From Octopus sinensis (lineage: Eukaryota), in contig NW_021828252.1 of assembly GCF_006345805.1 (NCBI RefSeq), positions 1 to 8,988 of the forward strand: a stretch of DNA of 8,988 bases. The letters run 5' to 3'. The notes beneath the pieces were generated by a model that saw only the letters and a list, made by a program, of their open reading frames with translations, was not told the DNA's origin and did not search any database. Shown in pieces: positions 7,775 to 8,988 of the stretch. Positions within the stretch are counted from its first letter, which is position 1, and each line of letters opens with the position of its first letter. Both the position numbers and the translations under genes were made by a program.

Positions 7775-8310
7775 GTCGAGATATATGACTTCCACATTTG
7801 AGTGGATGAGCAGTCGTGTCAGCACCCAGTCATAGTGTTGTAGGAGCTGAGTTAAGCAGCTTCTTCCTGGTCGGAAACCATGTTGGGTGTCAGGCAGCAA
7901 GTCATTTTCTTCAAGGAAGGTGATTAGCTTCCTTCTGACTATTCGTTCCATGATCTTGCTGATGTGTGAGGTCAGAGAAATAGGTCTGTAGTCTTGGCCT
8001 CCGCTCTGCTACCTCCTTTATGAATAGGGCATATTTTACCTTCCTTCAGTTTTCTTGGAAGTTTGCCAGTTGCAAGGAAGCTCTGAAAGAGGAACTGCAG
8101 TGGTCTTGCTAGGACTCTCTTACCACTTTAGAAGGATTGCTGGGAATCCATCGGGGCAGTAGCTGAGTTTGTTTTCATTTCGTCTATAGCCTTTATTACA
8201 TCGTCTTCCTTTATATTGATGTAATCAATCATCGCTGCCTCTGATTTTATATCTGCAGTGGTAAAGAAATCAGTTGGATTGCTGACTTGAAAATGCCCTG
8301 GGGGTGGAGT
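7775..8310 (-). pseudogene. LINE ORF2 internal fragment (linker and N-terminal reverse transcriptase), CR1/L2-group-like, frameshifted
   Basis: Manual translation across three frameshifts (~8158, ~8122, ~7992) gives IDYINIKEDDVIKAIDEMKTNSAT/PDGFPAILLK/RVLARPLQFLFQSFLATGKLPRKLKEGKICPIHKGGSRAEAK/YRPISLTSHISKIMERIVRRKLITFLEENDLLPDTQHGFRPGRSCLTQLLQHYDWVLTRLLIHSNVEVIYLD. It carries the non-LTR RT motifs PDG, YRPISLTS, QHGFRxGRSC and VIYLD. The clade is called from motif recollection. Confidence 0.9.
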
Positions 8311-8390
8311 GAGAGAAGGAGCTATGATTATTGTTTAAAAATTGAATTGTGTCCCTGTTTGGAGAAATTGACAATATTTTCACCGTTTAT

Positions 8391-8836
8391 ATGGAAGTAT
8401 TTTCTTCGATAGAAGAAAGTCCAAAAATGAATTTCGCTGCAGCCGTCGGCGGGCGCGAACTCATTAAAATTAAAATGGAAGAAATACAAACCTATTGCGG
8501 GTTGATCACCGACAAAGACGGTGAATCTAAGATAACACCTCCAAACGAAATAGAAAAAAAAAATTAAAGAAAAGACTATTGTCTATAAAGTATACATTGT
8601 AGAGAAAAGAAAACGATTTGAACACCTGGAGGAAAGCACCATCGAAATGTGTCTTGGTGCGTCTATGAAAGATATCTAATCAAAGGCAGTAAATTCGCCA
8701 AAATAGAAGCAAGGTTCGAGTCAACGGAGCGTGCAAGGGAGTACTCGATTCGAACCTTGCAAAGTGGAAATATTTTATTTTTACCCTTATATATGGGACG
8801 TAGGACGTCCCGGATAAAAATTTAAAATGCCCCCAT
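8391..8836 (+). pseudogene. Decayed coding relic, possibly LINE ORF1 (L1/Tx1-like)
   Basis: Stitching over a slip in the A-run at ~8555-8563 and a second shift at ~8670 gives MEVFSSIEESPKMNFAAAVGGRELIKIKMEEIQTYCGLITDKDGESKITPPNEIEKK/IKEKTIVYKVYIVEKRKRFEHLEESTIEMCLGASMK/RYLIKGSKFAKIEARFESTERAREYSIRTLQSGNILFLPLYMGRRTSRIKI*NAPM. The composition is protein-like. The ORF1 assignment rests on recollection of octopus retroelement proteins and is unverified. Confidence 0.4.
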
Positions 8837-8839
8837 GTT

Positions 8840-8893
8840 GTTCCAGACTACTGTAAGGTTCTTTCCTCTCAGAACCTTACAGTAGTCTGGAAC
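8840..8893. repeat. Perfect 23-bp inverted repeat with 8-nt spacer
   Basis: GTTCCAGACTACTGTAAGGTTCT (8840-8862), then TTCCTCTC, then AGAACCTTACAGTAGTCTGGAAC (8871-8893); the arms are exact reverse complements. Confidence 0.97.
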
Positions 8894-8988
8894 GACCGAA
8901 TCTTAGTCAGTCAGTTAATGGGCTCCACTACCTCAAATGTTCTTAAAATTTAAATCCACATCTTTGTCTATATATCTACCTTGCCTAT

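Overview
AT-rich, essentially non-coding eukaryotic DNA made of retroelement debris and (TA)n/(CA)n/(ATT)n microsatellites. The tRNA-derived SINE family here matches my recollection of the dominant Octopus repeat, so the source is probably an octopod intron or intergenic region (inference, no search run). No intact gene is supported, and nearly all listed ORFs are microsatellite or low-complexity artefacts. Recognisable parts: six SINE copies or fragments from two families, a three-unit partial-tandem repeat (109-1446), a frameshifted CR1-type LINE reverse-transcriptase fragment (7775-8310, minus) and a possible decayed LINE ORF1 (8391-8836, plus). The best finding is a complete minimal type I hammerhead ribozyme fold on the minus strand (1666-1738): CUGAUGA and GAAA cores, a GUC cleavage triplet, a 7-bp helix I, a long helix II and a palindromic ACCGGU helix III. 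It sits in a ~260-bp non-coding island between microsatellites and resembles Penelope-like element or retrozyme-type ribozymes. The second is a perfect 23-bp inverted repeat at 8840-8893. Hammerheads in Penelope-like elements are a known class, so any novelty would be at family level and needs checking.
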